Part shown: piece by piece, positions 26,561 through 38,900 of the stretch | Numbering within the stretch: position 1 is the first letter of the stretch | Layout of the letters: each line of letters starts with the position of its first letter | Position numbers and translations under genes: made by a program | The notes under the pieces: model-generated | Seen by the model: only the letters and a program-made list of their open reading frames with translations | Told to the model about the DNA's origin: nothing | Database searches by the model: none | From: Felis catus | Taxonomy: Eukaryota | Assembly (NCBI RefSeq): GCF_018350175.1 | Contig: NC_058368.1 | Coordinates: forward strand, 108,006,001 to 108,070,000 | Reading direction: 5' to 3' | Length of the DNA: 64,000 nt

Positions 26561-28847
26561 GGGGTATACCTTATTTTATTACACTTCACAGATACCGCGT
26601 TATGCAGATATTGCATTTTTTACAAATTAAAGCTTTGTGACAATCCTATGTTAAGCAAGTCTATTAGTGCCATTTTTCCAATTGCATTTTCTCACTTCAT
26701 ATCTTTGGCACATTTTGGTAATTCTTGGAATACTTTAAACTTCTTCATTACAATTATATTTGTTATGGTGATCTGTGATTGTAATTATTTTGATGTGCTA
26801 CAAACCACAGCCATGTAGGTCAGAGAATTTAATCGATAAATGTTGTGTGTTCTCACTGCTCCATCAACTAGCCCTTCCCCATCTCTCTCCCTGTCTTTGG
26901 GCCTCCCTATTCCCTAAGACACAATGCTGAAATTATGCCACTTAATAACCCTACAGTGGCCTCCAAGTGTTCAATTGAAAAGAGTTCCATGTCTCTGGCT
27001 TTAAATTAGAAGACAGAAATGATTAAGCTTAGCGAGGAAGGCATGTCAAAAGACAGAACAAGTTGGCAGGTAGGCCTCTTGTACCAGTTAGCCAAGTTGC
27101 AAATGCAAAGGAAAAGTTCTTGAAGGAAATTAAAAGTGCTACTCTAGTGACTACATGAATAAGAAAGCAAATAGCCTTATCACTGATATGGAGAAAAGTT
27201 TTAATAGTCTGGATAGATCAAACCAGCCACAACATTGCCTTAAACCAAAGCCTAATCCAGAGAAAAGCCCTAATTCTCTTCAGTTCTTCGAAGGCTGAGA
27301 GAGGAAAGAAGGATCCAGAAATTTAAAGCTAGCAAAGGTTTGTTCACGAGAATTACAGAAAGAAGCCATCTCCATAACATAAAATTGCAAGAGGAAGCAG
27401 CAAGTGCTGAACAAATTTTTCAGGTCTAGTGAAGAGAATTAATTAAGGTGACCATACCAAACAACAGATTTTCAATGTAGACCAAAAAGCCTTCTCTTGG
27501 AAAAAGATGCTAATACTTTCATAGCTAGAGAGGTCAGTGCCTACCTTCAAAGCCTCAAAGGACAGGCTGACTCTCTTGTTAGGGGCTCATGCAGCTGGAA
27601 ACATGAATTTGAAGTCATTGCTCATTAACCATTTTGAAACTGCTAGGCCCCTTAAAAATTATCCTAAATCTATTCTGCCTTTGCTTTATAAATCGGACAA
27701 AGTCTGGATGACAGCACATCTGTTTACAACATGTTTGCAGTATTTACTGAATATTTTAAGCCCTCCATTGAGACCTAGTGCTAAGGAAAAAAACAACAAA
27801 AGGCCTTTAAAAATATTACTGCTCGTTGACAATGTAGCTGGTCACCCTGGTCATCAGCCTTGATGGAGAGGTAGAATGAGATTAATGTTGTTTTCATGCC
27901 TAAGACAACATCCATTCTGCAGTCCATGGATTAAGGAGTAATTTTGACTTTCAAGACTTACCCTTTAAAAACTACATTTCCTAAGGCTGTAGCTGCCATA
28001 GAATAGATTCCTCTGATGGATCTGGGCAAAGTAAATTGGAAACCTCCTAGAAAGGATTAATCATTCCAGATACCACTAAGAACCTTTGCTATTCATGGAA
28101 GAGGTCAAAATATCAATATGAACATAAGTTTGGAAGTTGATTCTAGCCCTCCATGATGACTATGAGAGGTTCAAGACTTTATGGAATAAGTAACTGCAGA
28201 TGTTATGGAAAGAACAAGACAGATAGAATTAGAAGTGGGGCCTGAGATGTGACTAAATTGCTATAAGGAGTTGCTTCTTAAGAGTGAGCAATGTGCTTTC
28301 TTGTGAATAGAATCTGTGCCTAATGAAGATGCTGTGAAGATTGTTGAAGTGACAACAAAGGATTTAGAATATTACTTAGTTGATCAAACAGTGGCAGGGT
28401 TTGAGAAAAATGCAATTTTGAAAGATGTTCGACTGTGGGTCAAGTGCTATCAAACAGTATTGTATGCTACAGAGAAATCACTCATGAAAGGAAGAGTCCA
28501 TCAGTGCATCAAATTTCACTGCCTTTTTAAAGAAATTGCCACAGCAACCCCAACCTTACTAGTCAGCAACCATCAACATCAAGGCAAGACCCTCTATCAA
28601 TAAAGATTGTCTCACTGGAAACTCAGATGGTAAGCATTTTATAGCAATTAAGTATTTTTTAAAGTATGTACACTGTTTTTTTTTTTCTACATGATGCTAT
28701 CACATATTTGGACTACAGTATAGTATAAATGTAATTTTTATGTGCACTGGGAAACCAAAAAATTCACTGAATTTTTGTAACTTTTGTGATATTTGCTTTA
28801 TTGCAGTGGTCTGGAACAGAACCTGCAATATCTCCAAGTTATGACAG
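26561..28847 (+). mobile_element. Near-full-length Tigger1 DNA transposon (Tc1/mariner-pogo) with a decayed transposase
   Basis: Degenerate TIRs (GGGGTATACC... and ...GTTATGACAG) flanked by TA. Transposase remnants (FKASKDRLTLLLGAHAAG, KILLLVDNVAGHP, EDAVKIVEVTTKDLEYY) are broken by stops and frameshifts. Confidence 0.92.
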
Positions 28848-29877
28848 TAGAGGCAAAAATCTCTTTATTAAATGATCCTGTATATCACACAAAGCATTTC
28901 AAGAAGCAATTACTATCATCAGCTGGTGCTCTCAAACAGTTTGCTTTCCAGACTTATGAAAGGACTGATATGCAGAGTTTAAATCAACTCTTGGCACACT
29001 TGTAGTACATGTTTGAAAAAGACTTAACTACTTTCTTTTCTTTTTAATTAAAACCCATGCCATAAGAAAAGGGCTTTTTAAAATTTAATTACTTCCTATT
29101 TTGTAAGTCAAAATGTGAACAGAAAAAAATTATAATCAATACAATAAAGTACCATATATGAATGAAGCAAGAAAGGAGATTTAACTTGGAAAAAAAGTTA
29201 CACCCACTATTATTTACAGAAATTGGTTGCTAGACAACTACTAGTCTGTGGAAGGCAGAAAGGCAAGACTAAAAAAGTATGTTCTGATAAGGAGAACTCA
29301 GACCTTGAGATTCCTTCCTTAATTCCACACAGCCAGATTCTTGCACAACTTAAAATATTTTTATAAGTTTTCAATGTGGAAAGATAATTCTAAGTAATAT
29401 AATTATAGTAAATATTCAGAGAGTTTAGATAATGAAAGAAATAACAACGTATGGCTTCATATGGTCATCAAAGATTCTGTGACAAATCTTTTATTCCTTC
29501 CAAATTACCCCAACAGTCCAGGGGGAACATGGGCTTGACAAAAACCATTGCTTTTAGACCCAAAACATTCACTTTCTGGATCAATCACATCAGATACTCT
29601 TGTTCTTAAGTATTGAGAGAATTAGATTAGAAAATCTCCACCTGGACTAATATTTTACCCTAAAAGGGTATTACAAAGCTAAAACTCAATTTGTGAAATC
29701 TTGTATTTGTCTTCAGAAACCAGTCATACCATTTTAACAATGTACGTATGTTTAGTATACATTAGGGAGAAAAAAGAATACCCAAATTATGAATTCTACC
29801 TTCACACATTCCAACATTTTTTTTTTAATAAAGCAAACACAGGTTTCAGAGAGATTGTAAACCATGCAACATTATCT

Positions 29878-29883
29878 TTTATT
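29878..29883 (-). promoter_or_regulatory. HINT1: HINT1 polyadenylation signal AATAAA
   Basis: TTTATT on the + strand about 130 nt downstream of the stop codon, followed on the minus strand by GT/T-rich sequence. Confidence 0.75.
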
Positions 29884-30012
29884 ATTTATGGGCTTTTAAA
29901 ATTATTCCCTCAATCTCTCCATACACAGGCAAAAATACGTATATTATTTAACATTGGAACTTGCAAATATTGATCATTGCCTAGAGAAGGGAAAATTATC
30001 CCTAAAACATGT

Positions 30013-30261
<249 letters not shown>

Positions 30262-30497
30262 TTAAAAGACCACCAAGTTGAAACATACCTGTCTGGACAA
30301 ATTATTTGGTAACTCTTAGTACTAATACAACCTAATTTACAATTAAAAGCCCATTAAGATTAGGTATTTATGCATTACTAATTCCAATAAACAAATCAGA
30401 GGTAAATCTCAATTAAAACAATGGTAAAATCATATTCCAAGAGGTATTTAAATGTTCTTAATAAAGCAAGATATATCCTGCTTTCTTGTAATAGGAG

Positions 30498-30874
30498 AGT
30501 ATATCAATCGGGATAAGTATGGTTAAGCTATGGTAACAACCACCCCAAATACTGGTTTATAACAAAGATACATTTCCTGTGCTCACTACATGTTCATCAC
30601 AAGTAGACTAGGCTCTAAATAATACATCTTTTTTCACGTTGAAACCCAGGCTGAAGGAGTAGTTTCTGTGTGATCATAGGGGGAAAGGGAAGAGAGAACA
30701 TGACAAACCAGGTACTAGCTCTTACAGTTTCTATGCAAGACATACCACTTCTGCTTGCATTTGCTGGCCAAATCAAGTCATATGACCAGGCCTGATATCA
30801 ACGAGGCAGGAAGTTTTAAAGCACCCGTGAAGGAGAACAGCCAGTACTTACAAACAATTATACAATCAATCACA
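30498..30874 (-). mobile_element. MLT1J/I-like MaLR LTR in HINT1 intron 2
   Basis: GCTATGGTAACAACCACCCCAAAT...CACTTCTGCTTGCATTTGCTGGCCAAATCAAGTCATATGACCAGGCCTGA, ending CAATCACA. Confidence 0.6.
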
Positions 30875-31318
30875 AGGAGCATTAGGAGAATATTTAACTG
30901 AGGCCTGTATGTCTGGCAAAATGAAATAATGATTTTTCTTTCCTTTAATAGCATTAATAGAAGAAGACTCACTGAATTTCCTCTATATGACGTACTGTTT
31001 CTTTATTAAGGAAAAATAAGTCTCACCAACTATTCCTCGTTAGGAACCATTTTGTTTAAGAATATTGTGGTGATAGATATTAACTTGAGTTCCTGTGGTC
31101 ATTTCATAATATACATATATATAAACATTATGTTGTACACCTAAAACTAACAAAACATTATGTGTCAACTATATCTCTATTTAAAAAAAAAAAACCCTCA
31201 AATTATTTATACATTGCACTTCCCTAGTGATTATCTGGTTTGTTCCCTCAGTACTGTCCTTAGGAAAACGAAAATGTGACATCACTTTCAGGTCAAAATT
31301 TAGTCTCCCAAATTTTTA

Positions 31319-31465
<147 letters not shown>

Positions 31466-31777
31466 CTAGAGATAAGGGGGAAAAAATCAGTTTTAGTATA
31501 TCATCTTATAGGCTACATTTATTCTTTCACACTAATCCCATGGGAGGCACCGTATTAGATGCTCAGAAATCAGAAGTGTACACAATACATGTGATCCCAT
31601 GGTCCCTTTTCATGGAACTTATAGCCTAATGGGAAGGCTGGCCTTAAAAAAGGGTATAATTAATTAAGTTAGAAATCTACCTATTTGTTACAAAGGAAAA
31701 GGGTGAAATACATGATTAACATAGAAGAACCTGATTTTGACTGGGTGATTACAGACAACCATGCTGAGGTGGGGAAA

Positions 31778-32008
31778 TGTATGTATGTATGTATGTATGT
31801 ATGTATGTATGTGTATTTATTTTTGAGAGCAAGAGAGAGACAGACAGACCGACAGAGCCTGAGTGGGGGAAGGACAGAGACAGAGGAAGACACAGAATCC
31901 CAAGGAGGCTCCAGGCTCTGTGCTGACAGCTCAGCAGGACTGGAACCCAGGAGCCGTGAGATCATGACCTGAGCTGAAGTCACTCAACCAACTGAGCTAC
32001 CCCAGGCT
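31778..32008 (-). mobile_element. Can-SINE with a (TATG)n tail microsatellite in HINT1 intron 1
   Basis: SINE body on the minus strand, with flanking degenerate TSD ATGCTGAGGTGGGAAAT / ATGAGTTAGGGAAAT. Confidence 0.85.
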
Positions 32009-33089
32009 CTATGAGTTAGGGAAATTCCAAAAGTTAAGTAGAAATTAGGCATGCTAATCCTTGTCTACCTTTCCAGTAGAAACTGCAAACTCTTCCTGCT
32101 GAAATCATATTGTCTTCCATCTCTCTCTACCCTCCCAGGCTTTTTCAAAGACCATTCCCTACTGCAATGGTCCTCTCTCCCCTCTCCAACCCCAACTTCT
32201 AACTTAATCTGCTATTCATTTCTCAGCTCCCAGCATATATAAAATTTCTGAAAGAAATCTGATTCCCCTCCCCAACGTCCCTAGGTTAGAAGCCCTGATT
32301 GTGCAATTTCCTGTTTTTTTTTTCCCTTTACTGCAGTGATCAGCTTTGTAATTATGTATTTGTCTGATATTTGACTAAGACCTATTTCTTCCCCCCTTAC
32401 TCAACTATTTAAGTAATATTCTATTCTTTCATTGACACAAGGAGAATAGTTAGCATTTAGACAAATTACATACCACATGAATATTTTTGTATCTCTTGTT
32501 CTCTAATGAAGGCGGAAGCTACTTAATAGAACCTAACCCTACTCAAGTGTCTCAGGAGTATTTCTATTTAGTACTCCACACAAAATGCTGTATCATTTAG
32601 ACTGCTTCATGCAGTTATACTTCTTGGGGCGTAGGTGGTTCAAAAGTCAATATTTCAATAATTTATAAAAAGCAAGTGAAAATATTTAAAAAGACGCACT
32701 TTTTAGAACAAAATAACTTTCTTCCTAGTGACAAATAAAGGTATCCAAATAAAATCACCTAAAGGAATCTAATTAAATCTTGGATAACATTTTGAATCTA
32801 AGAATGCCATAGGAGCATCAGAAGAATGTTTCCCTTATATTCTATATTTCTTAAAGTTAATTCAACAGAAAGTTACAAAAGTATTTGTCTAAATCATCCA
32901 ACCTCCGGCCCAGCTTTGTCTCAGATCCAAACTCATAAATACAACTGCTTACTAAATATTTTATACAAGATGTCACATCAACTCGGACTTTCTCAAACAG
33001 AATTTCACCTACGGTGAAATCAACAAAAACTACATGCTCAGTCCCTTGGCAGAAAAACTGCTTCCTGTCAAACAAGAAAGGAACCATTG

Positions 33090-34080
33090 CTACCGCGCGG
33101 GGTCAAAGGAAAGCAAATCCCAGAACCCACTCATCTCAGGGGTGGGGGTGGGGTTGACTGGCTGGCCCTCGCGGAAGCTGACCTTCGACCCCCGCACGCC
33201 CCCGCCACCCCGGTGCACCCGGCCCCAGGCTGTCTGCGCAACGCGGCGCTGAGAGGCACCCGGGAAAGCCCAGGCGGACCCGCTGTGCGCGGGAGATCGC
33301 GGAGATTGGGCCCGAGTCAGGGCGCGATCGGATTTCTCCCTGTCAGGCAGAGCGCTGGCGAGATTGTAAGATTCCTGACACCGGCGAGGTCCGAGGCAGC
33401 CGCGGAGCCGGCGGGAGCCCACGCCGAGGAGCCAGCGCGTCCCCAACACGCGCCCAGACCTCACGGTGCGGGCCCCGCGGGCGCCGGGCAGCCTGACCCA
33501 CGCCCCGGGCTGATAACGCGTAACCGGAGCGCCGGCACGCGCCGGCAGGCCGCCTCGGAGTGGCCGCGGCCCTGCCCGCTGGCTGGGGGCCCGCGGCAGA
33601 GGCCGCGCGGGGCGACCGGGTCCCTTCCCTTCGCGGCGCCGCCCGACCCTTCCCTCGACAGGAAACCCGCGTGTCCACGGGCGACTGGCCTGCCTCTGCC
33701 CGCCAGCGAGGCGACGCCCGGTCTCTACCTGGTCATCCTCAAAAATGATTTTGGCTGGGATTTCCTTGCGAATGATCTTTCCGAAGATCGTGTCGCCACC
33801 AGGCCGGGCGGCCTGAGCCTTGGCGATCTCATCAGCCATCTCGGCCTCCCTCCCGCGCGGCCGCCCCAGGGAGAAGCTCCGGAGGAGGGAGGAGCCGGGG
33901 CAGCGGGCAGAGGGCGGGAGTGCGCGGCCAAGCCTGCGCGGGGACCGCTGCTCGGGCTCCCGAGCAGCTCCGGCGCGTGCGCACTGGCGACCTGAGCTGT
34001 GGGGTGCAGCGAGCGCGCGGGAGCCTGCAAGAACCGCCCGGCTAGACCCGGCGGAAGGGAGGTTCCTGTTCGGAGACTCT
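33090..34080 (-). promoter_or_regulatory. HINT1: HINT1 CpG-island promoter, first exon and 5' part of intron 1; NRF1-like TGCGCACGCGC at 33973-33983
   Basis: Very GC- and CpG-rich block in an otherwise AT-rich window, spanning exon 1. The NRF1-type motif and GC boxes are read directly from the sequence. Confidence 0.85.
33729..33839 (-). CDS. HINT1: HINT1 coding exon 1 ([37 protein letters not shown])
   Basis: ATG at 33839-33837 in context GCCGAGATGG. The 37 codons match the mammalian HINT1 N-terminus. Donor CAG|GTAGAG at 33729/33728. Lies in a CpG island. Confidence 0.98.
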
Positions 34081-34324
34081 AGGGAGCCACATCAAGGTCA
34101 TTTTTCTTTCTTCCTTTAGTGTGTCTTGGGGAGTGGAGTTACTGTATACGCCCTTCTTCCCTTGCTTTATGGGCACTTGTAGGAAAAATTAGGTACTGTA
34201 ACTGAAAAGATTTGATAATCCAAGCATGTTTGCTGTATGAGACACTGTACCACGTAATTTCTCAGCCACAGAAAGTCTTGGCTCCAGTAAGTAAGCCCTC
34301 CTTGCGTCAGTTTTTTCTCCCTCT

Positions 34325-34465
34325 AGCAGTGGTTCGCACAACATGTTAAAAATCACTTGAGGAACTTTTGAAAAATCCTCTTGAATCTGGCCTCACTCCA
34401 GATCAATTAAATCAGACTCTCAGGTTGGGACCCAGGCATCAGTAGTTTGTAATCCTCCCAGGACT
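34325..34465 (+). mobile_element. MER5A-like hAT MITE fragment
   Basis: CAGTGGTT...AATCACTTGAGGAAC...CCAGATCAATTAAATCAGACTCTC...GGGACCCAGGCATCAGT. Confidence 0.65.
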
Positions 34466-34610
34466 CTTCTACAAAGACTTTTTCCCAGAAGTAATCAACA
34501 TAATGTAAGATGCCCCACCTTAAAGGAACAATACCTTTCTTAATTTGACATACCCCTTCAAATCTTTGCTGCCTTTTAAAAGTTTTATTTATTCTGTGTC
34601 CACCCTCTCA

Positions 34611-34838
34611 TATTTTTTTTAATTGTTTTTTCAACTTTTATTTATTTTTGGGACAGAGAGAGAGAGAGAGCATGAACGGGGGAGGGGCAGAGAGAGAGAG
34701 GGAGACACAGAATCGGAAACAGGCTCCAGGCTCCCAGCCATCAGCCCAGAGCCTGACGCGGGGCTCGAACTCACGGACCGCGAGATCGTGACCTGGCTGA
34801 AGTCGGACGCTTAACCGACTGCGCCACCCAGGCGCCCC
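34611..34838 (-). mobile_element. Young felid Can-SINE about 0.8 kb upstream of the HINT1 start codon
   Basis: CpGs retained, diagnostic TTCAGCCAGGTCACGATCTCGCGGTCCGTGAG, TSD-like TCATA(TA)TTTTT. Confidence 0.93.
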
Positions 34839-35779
34839 TCATATATTTTTTTTTTAACCCATTTCCCTCTTGCAATGTCACTAAGGAAGTCCCACTTATA
34901 AAATTCTGTTGGCATTTACAATTCTCATCATACTAGACCTCTTGGTATCATTTGCTACTGATGACCATTTCCTCTTTTCAGGTATAGATTTCACTCTCCT
35001 AGTCTTCTCTTACCTCTCTGGATGCTATTTCTCCTTCACAGTAACCCTCCAGTTCCAGACTTCTCAATGGGTTCCGTTCTTAGCCTTCTTCTCTAGCTAA
35101 TATTTAATTTCTACATATCGTTATTAAGAAAAATTAACTATAGCTCCAGGACTACTTATGTGATTATACTTTACCAGTTTGTATTGCTTTGTCCACTACC
35201 AATAAAAATTACTGATAGTGGATCCTTCGAATCTCAAGTGTCCCATTTGCTACTTTTGCTATCAACTACATTATTGGGGCAATTGGCAAAATCTAAGTAA
35301 TGCCTATAAATTGGATAGTAATTTTGAAAGTTATGTTAATTTCCTCACATAACCACAGCAAAATTATCAAAATTAGTTGATATGGGATGGGGTGTTATAA
35401 TTCAGGTTTCTAAGTGATGTATTTGCTGCTGGCCCTGAAATCATACTTTGAGACCCACTGATGTAAGAGACTGACGTTTTTGTAGAAATAAAAAAATACT
35501 GAAGTATTTAGGCGTATAAGGCTATCATGTCCGCAGCTTGGTTTCAAACAGTAAAGAAATGAAGAAAAATGTTCATATATAGAGACCTAGAAAAGGATAA
35601 CACCATTTGTAGTAAAATGTGAACATTTGGGGAATCCAAGTGAGATATGCAAATCCTGTTATTCTTGAAACTTTCTTGTAAGACTGAAATTGTCAAAGTA
35701 GAAAGTTAAAAAGAGATATATACTGGTTTGGATAATAAATATGGTCATCTTTCACTCAGATTTTACCATATACAGAATA

Positions 35780-36350
35780 ATGATTCTCTAGTATGTATCT
35801 CCTGACCTACCTTACCTCTTAATTCCAGATTGGTCTATAGTATATATTACTGCCTACTATCTTAATATGGATGTCTGTCAGGCACTTCAAATTTATATTT
35901 TTACTCTTTGCACAGTAAACAAACACACAAAACTCCTCTTGGCAGCATTCTACATCTACTATAATACCATTCATCAAATTGCTCAAGTCAAAAGCCTTGA
36001 AATCATCCTTAACTCTTCTTTCTCATATTTGCAGTATATATCATACATCTAATCACTCCTCACCTCTTCTACTACATCACCCTAATCCAAGCCATTATCA
36101 TATCTTGCCTGGAGTACATTGAGAGCCTCCTAGCTAGCCTCTCTGCTTCCTCTGTAGTCAGTTTGCCATTCAGCACGCAAAGAAATTTTTATAAAATACC
36201 AATCATGATGTCATTCTCCTGCTGGCAAGGCATTTCATCACAGAATTAAATCTGAAATATTGGCCTTGACACATTAGGTTCTTATGCAATCAGGCCCATG
36301 GCTACTTCTTCATTTCCTTCCATTTCAACCTTATTAACTAGCTTTACCCC
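35780..36350 (+). mobile_element. L2 fragment
   Basis: GCTCAAGTCAAAAGCCTTGAAATCATCCTTAACTC and CCAAGCCATTATCATATCTTGCCTGGA...AGCCTCCTAGCTAG are L2-like. Confidence 0.7.
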
Positions 36351-36357
36351 AACTGGG

Positions 36358-37029
36358 TGTGGTAGGCAGAAGATGTCCTTGCCCTAATCTCTGGAGCCTA
36401 TGAATATGTTACTTTAGGTGGTAAAAGGGATTTCCAAATGTCATTAAATTAAGGATCTTGCAGTGGAAGAGATTGCCTGGATTGTCCAGGTGGGCCCAAT
36501 ATAATCACAGGGACCTTTATAAGTGAAAAAGAGACACAGGAAAGAGAGGAGATATGATGATGGAAATAGAGGTGACAGTCAAAGTTTGAAGATGCTCTCC
36601 TGTTGGCTTTGAAGATGGAAGGGACCACAAACAGGTAGCATTCCAGAAGTCACAAATCTGAGTTTCACTGGGCTAAAATCATGGTGTTATCAGGGCTGCA
36701 TTCCTTCTAGAGTCTCTAGAGAAGAACAGTTCCCCTTCCTTACCTTCTAGAGGGTACCAGCATTTCTTGGCTTGAGGCCTTTTCCTCTATCTTCAGAGCC
36801 AACAGCAGAGTATCTTCAAACCTCTCCCTGTCTCTCCTTCCTTTTTCCACTTCTAAGGATCCTTGTGATTACATTGGGCCCACCAGACAATCCAGGATAA
36901 TTTTCCCATTTCAAAAGCCTTAATTTAATCACAGCTGTAAAGTACCTTTTGTCATATAAGGTAACATCTTCAGAAGTTCCTAGGATTTAAACAGTACACC
37001 TTTTGGAGTCCTTCATTCTGCCTACTGTA
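36358..37029. mobile_element. Two MLT1D-like MaLR LTR pieces in inverted, tail-to-tail orientation (about 36358-36645 +, about 36645-37029 -)
   Basis: Starts TGTGGTAGGCAGA and ends TCTGCCTACTGTA. Segment 36476-36515 is a near reverse complement of 36857-36896. Confidence 0.8.
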
Positions 37030-37999
37030 TAACTGCATGAACTTATGTGAGGAACAAGTTGGAATTTCTTGTTCAGTTCTGGGTCCCATACTTTGAGATG
37101 TTACCAAACTCATACTCCTAGAATAACCAATATAGTCACCTCATTTATGGAACAGCTGAACAAACCATACAGATTTATCTGAGAGAAGCTTTAGTACTGA
37201 ACCGATTAGGGCACTATGGGAACTGTATTTTCAAGTATTGGCAGGTGAGGGGGTTTGCTTAACTGAATACAGGACCCTAGTTAGCCAGAAATTATAACAA
37301 TAAATTACGAATTTTCAGGAAACTGCTATGATTCTAAACTGGAAATAAAGAAAAGCATGTTTCAATCATTCTTTACAAATCAGAAGGCAGAATCATGTAG
37401 TGTCACTAGATCATCTGTTGTTTCCTGGATATTTTTCCTGTTTCCAGTATATTTGGTTTAATTGCTTGGTTATGTTAAACACTCATCTGCAGATCTAAGG
37501 AATTATAATTTTAAAAAATCAACTATTATCTTGCTAGTCTCATGATGACTTGAAATATTCTTTAAAATGACGTAAATCAGAGAAGGAAAAAGGTCTTTAA
37601 GATCCACTGCTTCAAATCTTTCATTCCTAATAAAAAGTCGGTTTTAACTAAACGTTAACCTGAAAGGCTGTGAGGTAGGGAAGGCAAACAGCGATTATGC
37701 AATGGGGGAAAGGTTTAGATTTTTCTTGAAGCTTGCAAGGTTCTAAGTTAAAATGCAGTTAAATAACATTTCCGACCTCTTGACCAGCAAAACCAAGGAG
37801 TAGAGTAAGCCAAGCAGAATGTGTCGAGGGTAAGACTGGATTTTCAGGTGCAACATAGGGTTTGGTATCCCAGACCTCTATTTACTAGCCGTATGGTCTT
37901 GATTAAGTAACTCTATCTCACCTTTTCGGGGGATTAATTTAGACAAGCGCTTTGGGGTATCAGCATTCCAATCAACAGCCGCTGTAGTAGTTAGGGTTT

Positions 38000-38900
38000 G
38001 GCCCTTATTTACGCACACTTTCGCAACTAGGAAACGTTAACATAAGTGTTCTTTAATAGATAACTCCCACCCCCAAACAACAGGTATAACGTATCGGTCC
38101 AGAAACCATCCGCTAAACGTAACGGACTCTCTGCGAGACCGGAAGTTACTCTGCCCCTAACTAACATGGCGTCCAGGTAATTTCCGTTCTCCTCTCTCCA
38201 GTAATTGAGCTCGGCACTTTCTCGCGGTTTTAGCAGACTGCGGGAGTTTAGCAAACTGTCTTCCAGGGTCCTCTGTGGGGGCGGGTTACGAAGGGGATTC
38301 TGCGCAGTGATTGGTTGCGGCACGATAGGAACGTGACTTCAGGTGGTTGGATAGTCCACGCCAGGCAGTGATTGGTTGTCGAGAGGCGGGGCGACTCGAC
38401 CACTGAAGAAGTAGCCGCCGCGGCGCGGAGAGCCATGGGTCAGGCGGCCAAGGTGACAGGGTCCGGGGAGGGCATGGGTACGATAGCGACGGGGAGGGAA
38501 AGCGGCGGCCTTGCGAAGCTTGTCTGTAACTTCAGTAGATACGGGTTTAGGATCCTTCACGGAGGATGTGAACGGTGCCGCTGTGGACCCGGTGACCAAC
38601 TCCGAAGGGCAGTCGAGGTTTTGTGCTGGTGCGGAGGGAGGGCAACACCAGTGCTTCCTTCCTCTTTTTCTGGGGTGCCAAAGTATGTGTTTCTAAGCCA
38701 TGCAAGGCTGCGCTTGAGTTCTGCCCCTGTTTCATCCCCACGCTGAACGTTTGTCTGAGGGACCACTTTTACATCCTTGAAAGGTGGACGAAACGCCAAA
38801 TGCACTCCTGCGCCACAACCATCCGATGAGATGAAAAGTTCAGTCAGATAACCGGAAAGTACACTGAAGTCTGGGAACCAAGGAACCCGAGGACCCTCAG
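38000..38900 (+). promoter_or_regulatory. LYRM7: LYRM7 CpG-island promoter with ETS/GABPA (ACCGGAAGT 38138-38146), YY1 (AACATGGCG 38163-38171), two inverted CCAAT boxes (38310, 38371) and GC boxes (38277, 38383)
   Basis: CpG-rich block around exon 1. Motifs are read directly and are typical of nuclear-encoded mitochondrial housekeeping promoters. Binding is inferred, not shown. Confidence 0.8.
38435..38452 (+). CDS. LYRM7: LYRM7 coding exon 1 (MGQAAK), complex III assembly factor and Rieske Fe-S protein chaperone
   Basis: Strong Kozak context GCCATGG. 18 coding nt then AAG|GTGACA donor. Corresponds to human MGRAVK and joins exon 2 in frame. Confidence 0.88.

Noticed and set aside
27537..28603. 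Tigger transposase ORFs as a possible domesticated TIGD-like gene
   Set aside because: Multiple stops and frameshifts, and the TIRs are retained, so this is an ordinary fossil.
33087..33995. 302-aa plus-strand ORF and the 249-aa read-through of HINT1 exon 1 into intron 1
   Set aside because: Both lie in a GC-rich CpG island where stop codons are rare. The peptides are low-complexity Pro/Arg/Gly/Ala, the plus-strand ORF starts at a non-ATG codon, and a canonical donor at 33728 yields the normal 126-aa HINT1.
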